Assembly (NCBI GenBank): GCA_044220505.1
Contig: JBGAQV010000001.1
Span: forward strand, 586-64,585
DNA: 64,000 nt
Direction of reading: 5' to 3'
Source: Dermatophilaceae bacterium
GTDB taxonomy: Bacteria > Actinomycetota > Actinomycetes > Actinomycetales > Dermatophilaceae
Positions 1 through 8,330 of the stretch are shown one piece after another. The notes beneath the pieces were generated by a model, which saw only the letters and a program-made list of their open reading frames with translations, made no database searches and was not told the origin of the DNA. Position 1 is the stretch's first letter. Each line of letters opens with the position of its first letter. The translations under genes were made by a program, and so were the position numbers.

Positions 1-486
1 ATCGGGCTGGATGCCGCCTCGACGAGCCTGGTCTTCGGGATCTCCGGCGCGGCCGACATGCTGCTGTTCTACCCGGCGGGGTGGGCGATGGACCGGTTCG
101 GTCGGGTGCACGTCGCCGTGCCGTCGATGCTCGTCCTCGGGGTCGGGATGGCGCTCATCCCCGTGGCCGGGTCGTTCGCCGGGCTGGTCCTGGTCGGGCT
201 GGTGCTCGGCGTGGGCAATGGCATCGGCTCGGGCATCCTCATGACCCTCGGTGCCGATGCCTCGCCGGAGCAGGGGCGGGCGCAGTTCCTCGGCGGCTGG
301 CGGCTCATGGGCGACCTGGGCTGGGCGGCCGGTCCGGCGTTGGTGAGCCTCGGGGCCGCGGTGCTGTCGCTCGGAGCGGCGGCCGTCATGATGGGCGGCC
401 TGGCGTGGTTGGGCGCGGCCTGGCTGCGGGTGTGGGTGCCCCGTTACGACCCGACCAGGGCTGGTCGGCAGGCCACGGGCCAATAG
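1..486 (+). CDS. MFS-type transporter, C-terminal fragment (5' end outside the window)
   Basis: Frame 1 is open from nt 1 to TAG 484-486. The product is a chain of hydrophobic TM-like segments (LVLGVGMALIPVAGSFAGLVLVGLVLGVGNGIGSG; GPALVSLGAAVLSLGAAAVMMGGLAWLGAAW) with GC3-rich codons. The family call rests on general resemblance only. Confidence 0.55.
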   Translation: MGLDAASTSLVFGISGAADMLLFYPAGWAMDRFGRVHVAVPSMLVLGVGMALIPVAGSFAGLVLVGLVLGVGNGIGSGILMTLGADASPEQGRAQFLGGWRLMGDLGWAAGPALVSLGAAVLSLGAAAVMMGGLAWLGAAWLRVWVPRYDPTRAGRQATGQ

Positions 487-495
487 CACCGAACA

Positions 496-555
496 GATCG
501 CGATCCTGTCACCTGGGTGCGGTCGCAACGCGACCCAAGTGACAGGATCGCGATC
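496..555. terminator. Long hairpin between convergent genes (probable bidirectional terminator)
   Basis: Perfect 17-bp arms GATCGCGATCCTGTCAC (496-512) / GTGACAGGATCGCGATC (539-555), with extra partial pairing inside. It lies between the stop codons at 486 (+) and 573 (-). Confidence 0.55.
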
Positions 556-572
556 TTTCGAGGCCGGCGTCG

Positions 573-1103
573 TCAGCGGCGGCGACCGAGGGTGGCCAGC
601 GCCTCACCATCGGTGCGCCACACCGTCCACTCGTCCTGCGGCACCGCGCCGAGCGACCGATAGAAGCCGTGCGCGGGGGTGTTCCAGTCGAGCACCCACC
701 ACTCGAACCGCGGGTAGCCGCGCTCGACACAGATACCGGCCAACTCCTCCAGCAGCATCCGGCCCAGGCCGAGGCCGCGACGTTCGGGGGTGACGAACAG
801 GTCCTCGAGCCACAGGCCGTGGCGCACCTTCCAGGTCGAGAAGGTGACGTACCAGATCGCGATCCCGGCGACCTCCCAGCCGGCAGCGCCCGCATCGGCC
901 CCCGACTCGTCGCCGACCACGTCGCGCACCTCGGCGACCTGGCAGAAGGCCTGCGGAGCGTCACAGAACAGCGCCGCGGCGAAGTCCTCCGGCCCACCCT
1001 CGACCGCGTCCGGCTCCTTCTCATAGACGGCCAGACCGACCACGAGATCGTGGATGGCCTGGGCGTCGGCGGGCTGGGCGGGACGGATGCGGACCTCGGG
1101 CAT
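573..1103 (-). CDS. GNAT family N-acetyltransferase (diamine/spermidine acetyltransferase-like)
   Basis: 176-aa GC3-rich ORF with the GNAT acetyl-CoA pocket motif LFVTPERRGLGLGRMLLEEL and a C-terminal FYRSLG block. Confidence 0.8.
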   Translation of the reverse strand: MPEVRIRPAQPADAQAIHDLVVGLAVYEKEPDAVEGGPEDFAAALFCDAPQAFCQVAEVRDVVGDESGADAGAAGWEVAGIAIWYVTFSTWKVRHGLWLEDLFVTPERRGLGLGRMLLEELAGICVERGYPRFEWWVLDWNTPAHGFYRSLGAVPQDEWTVWRTDGEALATLGRRR

Positions 1104-1234
1104 AGGTCAGATCCTGCCGTGTCCAGCACGCCAGCGTCTCCCCGGGTCCCCGGAGCAGACGGGGGCCCTCGCGAGATGTCGAATGAGGTCGCTATTCCGG
1201 AGCGATAGCAGCCGATTTCGCGATCTCGAGGTCC

Positions 1235-2611
1235 TCAGGCGGTGCGGGACACGGCATACCGGCGCAGGGCTTCGGCGCGGGCGGCGGCGTGCTCGACGAT
1301 GCGAGTGGGGTAGCCGCCGGCATACCCGGCCGCGTGTGCCCACGGCTCGTGGGCAGCGGCGCCGGCGAGGTGACCCAGTTCCGGCACCCAGCGGCGCACG
1401 TAGTCACCCTGCGGGTCGAACCGCTGCCCTTGCGCGACCGGGTTGAAGATCCGGAAATACGGCGCAGCGTCGGTGCCGGTGCCGGCAACCCATTGCCAGC
1501 CATGGGAATTGGACGCGAGGTCGCCGTCGCACAGCTGCGCCATGAAATGCCGCGCCCCGTGTGGCCACCACACGTGCAGGTGTTTGACCAGGAAGCTCGC
1601 GGTCACCATCCGCACCCGGTTGTGCATCCAGCCGGTCGCCGCGAGCTGCCGCATCCCCGCGTCGACGAAGGGATAGCCGGTCCGCCCCGCGCGCCAGGCG
1701 TCGTACGCGGCGCCCGGCTCGTCGTAGTCCATCCCCGGCAGCGGCCGCAGGTCGTGCCACGCCGAGCGGGGATGGTGCCACAACACGTCGGCATAGAACT
1801 CACGCCAGGCCAGCTCGGTGACGAACGTGCTCGCGCCGGGGGTGCCGCGCGCTTCGTCGCTGCCGAGGTCGGCCAGCAGGGTGCGGGGATGGATCTCGCC
1901 GTATTTCAGGGCCGCCGAGAGCCGCGACGTGCCGTCGAGATCGGGTCGGTCCCGGTCGGTCCGGTATGCCGTAAGGGCGCCCTCCCGGAACTCGTGCCAC
2001 CGCGCGTGCGCGGCGGCCTCTCCGACCTGGCCATCTCCAACCGCACCCGCGCCCGCGGTGCCCGTGCTCGGGAGGTCGTCGCTGGGAACATCTTGGAGGC
2101 CGGTCAGGGCGACAGGAGCGGGTGCCGGCCCGGGCGCACCGTGCGCCCGCCAGGCCCGTGAGAACGGGGTGAAGACCCGGTAGGGGGTGCCGCTGCCGGT
2201 CAGCACGGTGCCCGGACCCACCGCGTATGCCGTGCCCGTCGCCACCCAGGCCACCCCGACGTCGGCCAGCCGGGCAGCGACCGCGGCATCGCGCCGGCGG
2301 CCGTAGGGCGTGCTCTCGGCCGTCACGTGCGCCGCGTCGGTGCCGAGTTCGGCTGCCAGAGCAGGGATCACGCGCAGCGGTGAGCCGCGACGCAGCACCA
2401 GCTGCACGGCATACCGGGCGTGGAGGTCTGCTGCGAAGGAGCGCAGGGAGGCCGCGAGGCGGTCCCGGCGCGGGGACCCGGCCGCGTCCCACAGCAGGGG
2501 ATCGACGACGAAGACCGGCACGACGGGACGGCCCGATGCCGCGGCGCCGAGCAGAGCGGGGTGGTCGGCGATGCGCAGGTCGCGTCGCAACCACACCAGG
2601 ACGGGCTTCAT
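1235..2611 (-). CDS. phr: Deoxyribodipyrimidine photolyase (class I CPD photolyase/cryptochrome family)
   Basis: 458-aa ORF. N-terminal VLVWLRRDLRIADHPAL and C-terminal FAD-binding blocks TGYPFVDAGMRQL, GWMHNRVRM and HGWQWVAGTGTDAAPYFRIFNP. Confidence 0.92.
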   Translation of the reverse strand: MKPVLVWLRRDLRIADHPALLGAAASGRPVVPVFVVDPLLWDAAGSPRRDRLAASLRSFAADLHARYAVQLVLRRGSPLRVIPALAAELGTDAAHVTAESTPYGRRRDAAVAARLADVGVAWVATGTAYAVGPGTVLTGSGTPYRVFTPFSRAWRAHGAPGPAPAPVALTGLQDVPSDDLPSTGTAGAGAVGDGQVGEAAAHARWHEFREGALTAYRTDRDRPDLDGTSRLSAALKYGEIHPRTLLADLGSDEARGTPGASTFVTELAWREFYADVLWHHPRSAWHDLRPLPGMDYDEPGAAYDAWRAGRTGYPFVDAGMRQLAATGWMHNRVRMVTASFLVKHLHVWWPHGARHFMAQLCDGDLASNSHGWQWVAGTGTDAAPYFRIFNPVAQGQRFDPQGDYVRRWVPELGHLAGAAAHEPWAHAAGYAGGYPTRIVEHAAARAEALRRYAVSRTA

Positions 2612-2640
2612 CGGATGAGAGGCTAGCCCTCGTGAGCGAC

Positions 2641-3360
2641 ATGATCGACACGACCGAGATGTATTTGCGGACCGTCTTCGAGCTGGAGGAAGAGGGGATC
2701 GTGCCGATGCGCGCGCGCATCGCCGAGCGGCTCGGGCATTCCGGGCCGACCGTGTCGCAGACCATCGCCCGGATGGAGCGGGACGGATTGGTGCGCGTGA
2801 CCGACGACCGGCACCTCGAGCTGTCGGCGACCGGACGGCTCGCGGCGACGCGGGTCATGCGCAAACACCGGCTGGCCGAGCGGCTGCTCGTCGACATCCT
2901 CGGGCTGGAGTGGGAGTACGTCCACGAGGAGGCGTGCCGCTGGGAGCACGTCATGAGCGAGCGGGTCGAGCGGCGCATCCTGGCTCTCATCGGTGACCAC
3001 CGGGACTCGCCCTGGGGCAACCCCATCCCCGGGCTGGAGGAGCTCGAGGGCGAACGCGAGGCGCCGGACGCCGACCGCTCGCGCAGCCTGCGCGACTGGG
3101 CCGGGCATGCTCCGGCCGCAGGGGCTGACGGCGTCAAGCAGACCGTCGTGGTCCGCCGGATCGGCGAGATCGCGCAGGTCGAACCCGAATCGCTGGCCAC
3201 CTTGATCGAGGCCGGAGTCCTGCCGGGCACCACGGTGCGGGTGTGGGTCGAGGGTGCCGACGTGTGCGTCGGGGTCGGCGAGGAGGCCGACACGCCCGCG
3301 GTGCGACTGCCGCACGACGTCGCGGCACATGTTTTCGGAGAAGGATTTCAGGCGGGCTGA
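2641..3360 (+). CDS. ideR: DtxR/IdeR family metal-dependent repressor with C-terminal SH3-like domain
   Basis: Lies inside ORF 2227..3360. Homology starts at MIDTTEMYLRTVFELEE (ATG 2641; in-frame GTG 2632 is also possible). wHTH segment RIAERLGHSGPTVSQTIARMERDGL. The metal-site block HEEACRWEHVMS carries the Cys typical of iron-type IdeR/DtxR. The upstream 138 codons of the ORF are an Arg/Pro-rich shadow over the photolyase gene. Confidence 0.85.
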   Translation: MIDTTEMYLRTVFELEEEGIVPMRARIAERLGHSGPTVSQTIARMERDGLVRVTDDRHLELSATGRLAATRVMRKHRLAERLLVDILGLEWEYVHEEACRWEHVMSERVERRILALIGDHRDSPWGNPIPGLEELEGEREAPDADRSRSLRDWAGHAPAAGADGVKQTVVVRRIGEIAQVEPESLATLIEAGVLPGTTVRVWVEGADVCVGVGEEADTPAVRLPHDVAAHVFGEGFQAG

Positions 3361-3546
3361 GCGCCCGGTTCGCCCTGGTGTATGCCGTGTCGCTCACGTC
3401 GGTTTGTCGGGTATGCCGAGCCTGCGACGAGCACGATTGAGAACGTCGGTGATCTCACAGTGGCCATTCCGTGATCGGAACGTGACATTGCCTCGGGAGA
3501 TGGGCTAGTCTTCCCGACGCCGGTCCAGACATGGCCCGGTGCCGAG

Positions 3547-3717
3547 GTGGATCGCCGAATCCTGCCACTGCCTCGGGACGACTTACCGCCAGGCAGGAGC
3601 GGGGGAACCACTTCCGGGCGTCGTGAGACGCCCTTGGGGTGAAGGTCGCGGCCGGCTTCCGGTCCAGACCCGGGTGACTCCCACCCGAACCCGACAGCTC
3701 ACCTCGTATGGCGCTAG
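3547..3717 (+). promoter_or_regulatory. c-di-AMP riboswitch (ydaO/yuaA class) in the leader of the NlpC/P60 gene
   Basis: The conserved ydaO blocks appear in the right order: GAUCGCCGAAUCC ... GGAGCGGGGGAACCA ... UGGGGUGAAG ... CCCGAACCCGACAGCUCACCUCGUAUGGCGCU. The element ends about 13 nt before the GTG at 3730. This class is known to precede cell-wall hydrolase genes in Actinobacteria. Confidence 0.8.
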
Positions 3718-3729
3718 GAGAGGTACATC

Positions 3730-4494
3730 GTGTCTACACACATCGGGCGTCACCGCGCCTCCGGGTATTCCCCGTTGGCCGAGCTGGCTCAGATTGCCAC
3801 GGACAACGTCAAGCCGGTCGCCCGCGTGTCCGCCGCTGCGGTGATGACCGGCGGCCTGGTGGCGACGATGGCCATGCCCGCCTCGGCGCTCACGCTCCCC
3901 GAGTCGGCCCTGCCCTCGACCGAGTCTGCCGATGGCGCTGTGATCGCCGAGGTCGGCCCCTCGCTCAGTGCGCCCGCCAGCGCCCCCGGCAACGAGACCT
4001 TCGGATCGCTGGGCTTCACGACCAAGAAGGTCACCGCCGCGTCGCGGTCGAACGACCGCGCTGCGCTGACCGCGACGTCGACCGCGTCCACCGCTGCCCC
4101 TGCGGCTGCTGCCAAGACGACCGCCGCGCCCAAGGCCGAGGTCAACGTCCCGCCGAGCGACGGCACCATCGTCGGCATCGCTCGCAGCCTGTCCGGCATC
4201 CGCTACGTCCACGGTGGGTCCTCGCCGTCGGCGGGCTTCGACTGCTCGGGCTTCACCTCCTACGTCTACCGTCAGGTCGGCAAGTCGATCGCGCGCACGG
4301 CCGAGGGCCAGCGCGCTGGTGCGACCAAGGTCAGCAACCCGCAGCCCGGCGACCTGGTGTTCTTCGGCTACCCGGCCTACCACGTGGGCATCTACGCCGG
4401 CCCGGGCATGCTCTACGACGCCCGCCGTCCGGGCGTGCTGTCCGGTCTGCACACGATCTGGACCACGAACAAGGTCAGCTACGGCCGCTACTGA
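3730..4494 (+). CDS. NlpC/P60 family peptidoglycan endopeptidase (secreted)
   Basis: 254-aa ORF with a GTG start preceded by AGGAGAGG. N-terminal signal-like AAVMTGGLVATMAMPASA. C-terminal NlpC/P60 domain with the catalytic Cys in GFDCSGFTSYVY and the His in AYHVGIYAG. Confidence 0.9.
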   Translation: MSTHIGRHRASGYSPLAELAQIATDNVKPVARVSAAAVMTGGLVATMAMPASALTLPESALPSTESADGAVIAEVGPSLSAPASAPGNETFGSLGFTTKKVTAASRSNDRAALTATSTASTAAPAAAAKTTAAPKAEVNVPPSDGTIVGIARSLSGIRYVHGGSSPSAGFDCSGFTSYVYRQVGKSIARTAEGQRAGATKVSNPQPGDLVFFGYPAYHVGIYAGPGMLYDARRPGVLSGLHTIWTTNKVSYGRY

Positions 4495-4508
4495 GCCTGA
4501 GCAACGAC

Positions 4509-4548
4509 GAAGCCCCCGGTCCGATCGGAACGGGGGCTTCGCGGTTTG
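4509..4548. terminator. GC-rich hairpin terminator between convergent genes
   Basis: GAAGCCCCCG (4509-4518) / CGGGGGCTTC (4531-4540) with a 12-nt loop, followed by GCGGTTTGT. Confidence 0.6.
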
Positions 4549-4589
4549 TCAGGAGTGCAGCGGTCTGATGGGTCGAGCGCCCGGTCCGG

Positions 4590-4853
4590 TCAGCCGGCCA
4601 GGAGCGAGCCGCGCTGCGCGTGCGCCAACTTGGAGTGCAGGATCGTGCGCATGAGCTCGGCCTCGGGACCCTCGTGGCGGTCGACGGCCGCAAGCAGGTC
4701 GTCGATGTCGGCGCGCGAGTGGTAGCCGTCGAGCTCGCGGATCAGCTGCTTACGGGCGGCGCGCGCCTCGCGGCGCTCCTGGAGATCGTCACGGACCATC
4801 GCCACGAGCTTGGCGGCGTAGGTGGTCGAGTTGGTGAAAGTGCGGTTGTTCAT
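4590..4853 (-). CDS. Hypothetical small protein (87 aa)
   Basis: Only the 3' 264 nt of ORF 4590..5270 look like real coding sequence (GC3-rich, balanced composition). Starts MNNRTFTNSTTYAAKLVAMVRDDLQERRE. No family recognised. Confidence 0.5.
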   Translation of the reverse strand: MNNRTFTNSTTYAAKLVAMVRDDLQERREARAARKQLIRELDGYHSRADIDDLLAAVDRHEGPEAELMRTILHSKLAHAQRGSLLAG

Positions 4854-4941
4854 GCATCCATGGTCCAGTGACCAGGTGCTATACGTCCAATACCTCTGAG
4901 ATGTCTTATCCATACGGATAGTGCATAGATAGACTCGCCGG

Positions 4942-5874
4942 GTGGAGACGGATGCGCTGCGGTGGTTCCAGTTCGTTGCCGATGGGGCGACGGTGACCGA
5001 GGTCGCCGAACTCCACATGGTGAGCCAGCCGAGCGTCTCGCGCGCCCTGGCGGCCCTGCAGGATGAGATCGGCACCCCGCTGCTGACGCGTTCTGGCCGC
5101 GTGCTTCGGCTGACACACGCGGGGTCGGTCTTCAAACGCCACGTCGACCGGCTCATCAACACCCTCGACGATGGGCTGGCGGCGGTCGACCAGTTGCTCG
5201 ACCCCGAGCGGGGGACCGTCGTGCTCGCCCATGACCCGTCGTTGGGCTCCTGGTTGGTGCCGGCACTCATCGGTGGCTTCCGGGCCGAGCACCCCGACGT
5301 GCAGTTCGTCGTCCACCAGACCGGTCAGGAAGGAGTGCTGGCGTCGCCGGACAGCTTGGTCGAGAGTCGGGTGGACCTGGTCATCACGGCGCAGCGGCCG
5401 CACGGCATACCGGTGCAGTGGCGGTTACTCTTCCGCGAGGACCTCTTCCTGGCCGTGCCAGCGCGCCATGCGTGGGCGGGGCGCACCGAGGTGTCGATGG
5501 CGGAGGCGGCGGGGGAGGCGTTCGTCGTGCCGCGCGCGCCGAGCCCGATGCGGCAGCGGTGGGAGCGGCTCGTGGCGGCTGCGGGGATCGAACCGCAGGT
5601 GGCTTTCGAGGTCGACGATCTGACGACCGCGCGGGGGTTCGTCGCGGCCGGGCTGGGGGTTGCTGTGGTGCCTGCGACCGGAGATGACCCGCTGCCGCCC
5701 TCGACCGGCGGGCCGTGGTTGGTGCGCATCACCGACGATGCCGGGGCCCGCGACGTGGGGCTGGTCTGGTCGACCGAGCGCGCTTTGCTCCCCGCAGCTG
5801 GCCTGTTCCGGCGCTATCTGCTCGCGCATGCGCCGCGGCCGCGGGCGTCGAGGAGTGCGAGACTCGGGAGATGA
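4942..5874 (+). CDS. LysR family transcriptional regulator
   Basis: 310-aa ORF with a GTG start. LysR-type HTH LRWFQFVADGATVTEVAELHMVSQPSVSRALAALQDEIGTPLLTRSGRVLRLTHAG, followed by a substrate-binding domain of typical length. Confidence 0.9.
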   Translation: METDALRWFQFVADGATVTEVAELHMVSQPSVSRALAALQDEIGTPLLTRSGRVLRLTHAGSVFKRHVDRLINTLDDGLAAVDQLLDPERGTVVLAHDPSLGSWLVPALIGGFRAEHPDVQFVVHQTGQEGVLASPDSLVESRVDLVITAQRPHGIPVQWRLLFREDLFLAVPARHAWAGRTEVSMAEAAGEAFVVPRAPSPMRQRWERLVAAAGIEPQVAFEVDDLTTARGFVAAGLGVAVVPATGDDPLPPSTGGPWLVRITDDAGARDVGLVWSTERALLPAAGLFRRYLLAHAPRPRASRSARLGR

Positions 5875-6581
5875 GCGATGCCGTGGATGCCGTGGATGCT
5901 GTTGACGCCGTGATTGCGGTGGATGCGCTGGACGTGCAGGTGTGGGCTGACCTGGTCTGCCCGTGGTGCTACATCGCGCAGCGGCGGCTCGCGGCGGCGG
6001 TGGCTGGGTATGCCGGGCCGGTGGCGGTGCGGCATCGGGCCTACGAACTCGACCCTGGTATGCCGTCCGGCGAGCGGGTGCCGGTGGCCGAGTACCTCGG
6101 TCGCAAGTACGGCGGCGGGTGCGCCGCAGGGCTGGCCATGACCGAGCGGGTGGCCGCGGTTGCTGCCGAGGACGGGCTGGTCCTGGACTTCGCCCAGGCC
6201 GTGAAGTCGTCGACCTTCGATGCACACCGGCTCTTGGCGCTGGCCGCTGCCGAGGGTGCTGGGCAGCTGGCCGGGGAGTTGCAGGAGGCGATGTATGCCG
6301 CACACTTCCGGCAGGGCCTGGCGCTGGACGATCACGGTGTGCTGATGGACCTTGCCACAGGTGTGGGCCTGTCTCGCAACCGAATTGGCAAGGTCCTTGG
6401 CTCGGATGCGTTCGCCGCGCAGGTGCGTGCCGACCAGGCCGAGGCGCGCTCGATCGGCGTGACCGGCGTGCCGTTCACCGTGGCCGGGGGACGCGTGGCG
6501 GTTTCTGGTGCTCAACCCGTCGAGGTCTTCGCCGCGTTGTTGACCCAAGCTGCCGATGCGTCGGGGCCGCCCGATCGCTGA
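5871..6581 (+). CDS. DsbA family oxidoreductase (FrnE-like thioredoxin fold)
   Basis: ATG 5871 overlaps the LysR stop (ATGA). CPWC active site in VWADLVCPWCYIAQRRL, and a C-terminal GVTGVPFTV block typical of DsbA/FrnE proteins. The earlier part of ORF 5715.. overlaps lysR out of frame. Confidence 0.8.
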   Translation: MSDAVDAVDAVDAVIAVDALDVQVWADLVCPWCYIAQRRLAAAVAGYAGPVAVRHRAYELDPGMPSGERVPVAEYLGRKYGGGCAAGLAMTERVAAVAAEDGLVLDFAQAVKSSTFDAHRLLALAAAEGAGQLAGELQEAMYAAHFRQGLALDDHGVLMDLATGVGLSRNRIGKVLGSDAFAAQVRADQAEARSIGVTGVPFTVAGGRVAVSGAQPVEVFAALLTQAADASGPPDR

Positions 6582-6603
6582 TCGGGCGATGCAGGGAAGG
6601 TTT

Positions 6604-6693
6604 GATCGGGGGCTTCGGCGAGGGAAGCCGTACTCCGGTGAGGTTGGACCCTCAGTGGAGTGCGGCGAACCTCAGCGAACCAAGCGGCGAACC
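6604..6693. repeat. Direct repeat copy A (~90 bp) flanking the AbiE islet
   Basis: GGCTTCGGCGAGGGAAGCCGTACTCCGGTGAGGTTGGACCCTCAGTGGAGTGCGGCGAACCTCAGCGAACCAAGCGGCGAACC aligns without gaps to 8221-8310 at a constant offset of 1617. I counted 8 mismatches in the 83-bp core. Confidence 0.85.
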
Positions 6694-6776
6694 GCCACAG
6701 ACCACGCAAGGTGCGAAACAAATCGTATACAGATACAATTATCGGTAGACGTTTTGTTCCAGCGAGGAGGGTCAGC

Positions 6777-7334
6777 ATGCCAGCTGCCGAACTGCTTCGT
6801 GCTGGTGAGCACGCCACGTCCCGCAGCGCGTTCTACCGACGGGCGAAGGTCGGCGCCTACGAGAGGATCGCGCGCGGCGTGTACCTGCCGTCTGACGCTG
6901 ACCCCGCTGACTGGGACTGGCTCGAGGCGACAGCCAAACATCCCAAGGCGACTGTCTGCTTGGCCTCGGCGCTGGCCTACTACGACCTGACCGACGAGAT
7001 TCCTCAGGCACTTGACGTCGCGATTCCACGAGGTAGCCGGACCCCGGCGACTGACGCCGCCATCGCCTGGCACCACTTTGCCGCCGACTCCTTCGGCCTA
7101 GGTCGGACCACCATCGCCATCCCTGGCTCGAACGTTCGCATCGGCATCTACGGTCCGGAGCGGTCCATCGCCGACGCGTTCCGGCTTCGTGGCTCGTTAG
7201 GGTACGAGTTGGGCCGTGACGCGTTGCGCAGTTGGCTGGGTAGGGGTGGGAAGCCGGCCGACTTGTTGGAGTTGGCGTCCCAGCTACCGCGAACTCGGGG
7301 GCCTCTGCTTCGGACGATCGAGGCCTTGGGCTGA
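6777..7334 (+). CDS. Type IV toxin-antitoxin system antitoxin, AbiEi family
   Basis: ATG 6777 preceded by GAGGAGG. N-terminal wHTH-like AELLRAGEHATSRSAFYRRAKVGAYERIARGVYLPSD, and a C-terminal domain as in AbiEi_4 proteins. An AbiEii gene follows directly. Confidence 0.8.
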   Translation: MPAAELLRAGEHATSRSAFYRRAKVGAYERIARGVYLPSDADPADWDWLEATAKHPKATVCLASALAYYDLTDEIPQALDVAIPRGSRTPATDAAIAWHHFAADSFGLGRTTIAIPGSNVRIGIYGPERSIADAFRLRGSLGYELGRDALRSWLGRGGKPADLLELASQLPRTRGPLLRTIEALG

Positions 7335-7422
7335 TGACAGTGACTGGTCATGGGGTCCTTCGGCAGCTTCAACGCCAAGCTCACGATTCCAGGAAGTCCG
7401 ATGCCCGGTCGCGACCGGCGAG

Positions 7423-8184
7423 TTGGTCACCCGTCACGCTCTCGAGTCGTTCCTAGACCGACTTCGCAGGACTCCGCACGGGAAGGACTTCATACTCAAG
7501 GGCGGCATCGTGTTGGCTGGCTATGGAATTCGCCGCTCGACCAAGGATGTGGACTCGGAGGCCATCTCGGCTTCCGTGACCGCAGCGCATATCGAGCAAG
7601 TCGTGATGGATGTCGCAGCTGTCGAGGTCGAAGACGGTCTTGAACTCGATCGGAGCAGCCTCGATGTCCAAACCATCCGAGGGGCGGCTGACTACCCCGG
7701 CCTCCGGATGCGGGTGCATGGCACCGTTGGAACCGCGCGAGTCGTGCTGGCCTGGGACATCTCGACCGGCGACCCGGTTGTCCCGCTGCCGACCCTGGTG
7801 TCCATTCCCCGAGTGCTGGGAGAGCCCATCGAGATGCTCGGGTATGCGCCAGAGACCATGGTGGCCGAGAAGGGCGTCACGATTCTCGAGCGAGGCATCA
7901 CCAGCACCCGCTGGCGCGACTACGTCGACATCGTTGCGCTCGCTCAACGAGGCATCGACCCAGACGTGCTCTTGGCCTCAGCGCGGGCTGTCGCGCGATA
8001 CCGCCGGGTTACCCTTCGTCCCGTCGCGCCTTCAGTAGCTGGGTACGGTGCGACGGCACAGGCCAAGTGGGCGGCGTGGCGCCGCAAGGAAGGCCTCGAG
8101 GGCATGTGCAAGCCGGACCTGGACGACCAGATGCGTGAGGTCATCGCCATCCTGGACCCCTTGTTTTCAAGGGGGCCCACGTAG
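7423..8184 (+). CDS. Nucleotidyltransferase toxin, AbiEii/AbiGii family (DUF1814); start unresolved, possibly frameshifted at the N-terminus
   Basis: Family blocks ALESFLDRLRRTPHGKDFILKGGIVL and STKDVDSE, with typical length. The coordinates give the in-frame body from TTG 7423. The longest ORF starts at GTG 7216 inside abiEi. ATG 7334 and ATG 7350 are in other frames (see finding). Confidence 0.75.
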   Translation: MVTRHALESFLDRLRRTPHGKDFILKGGIVLAGYGIRRSTKDVDSEAISASVTAAHIEQVVMDVAAVEVEDGLELDRSSLDVQTIRGAADYPGLRMRVHGTVGTARVVLAWDISTGDPVVPLPTLVSIPRVLGEPIEMLGYAPETMVAEKGVTILERGITSTRWRDYVDIVALAQRGIDPDVLLASARAVARYRRVTLRPVAPSVAGYGATAQAKWAAWRRKEGLEGMCKPDLDDQMREVIAILDPLFSRGPT

Positions 8185-8220
8185 CGCGGGGTAGGTCTCT
8201 CCGGCGCTCAGCCATCGCCG

Positions 8221-8310
8221 ATCCGGCGGCTTCGGCGAGGGACACCGCACTCCGGTGACATTGGACCCTCAGTGGAGTGCGGCCAACGTCAGCGAACCAT
8301 GCGGCGAACC
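8221..8310. repeat. Direct repeat copy B (~90 bp), adjacent to the tRNA-Arg 3' end
   Basis: Gap-free alignment to 6604-6693. It ends about 20 nt from the 3' end of tRNA-Arg (8331). Confidence 0.85.
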
Positions 8311-8330
8311 ACGATGCAGGCCGCGCAGAG

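Noticed and set aside
2560-3400. A DtxR/IdeR iron box (TTAGGTTAGCCTAACCTAA-like) near the ideR-like gene, the photolyase or elsewhere.
   Set aside because: I found no convincing 19-bp AT-containing palindrome of that type by eye. Absence cannot be proven without a matrix scan.
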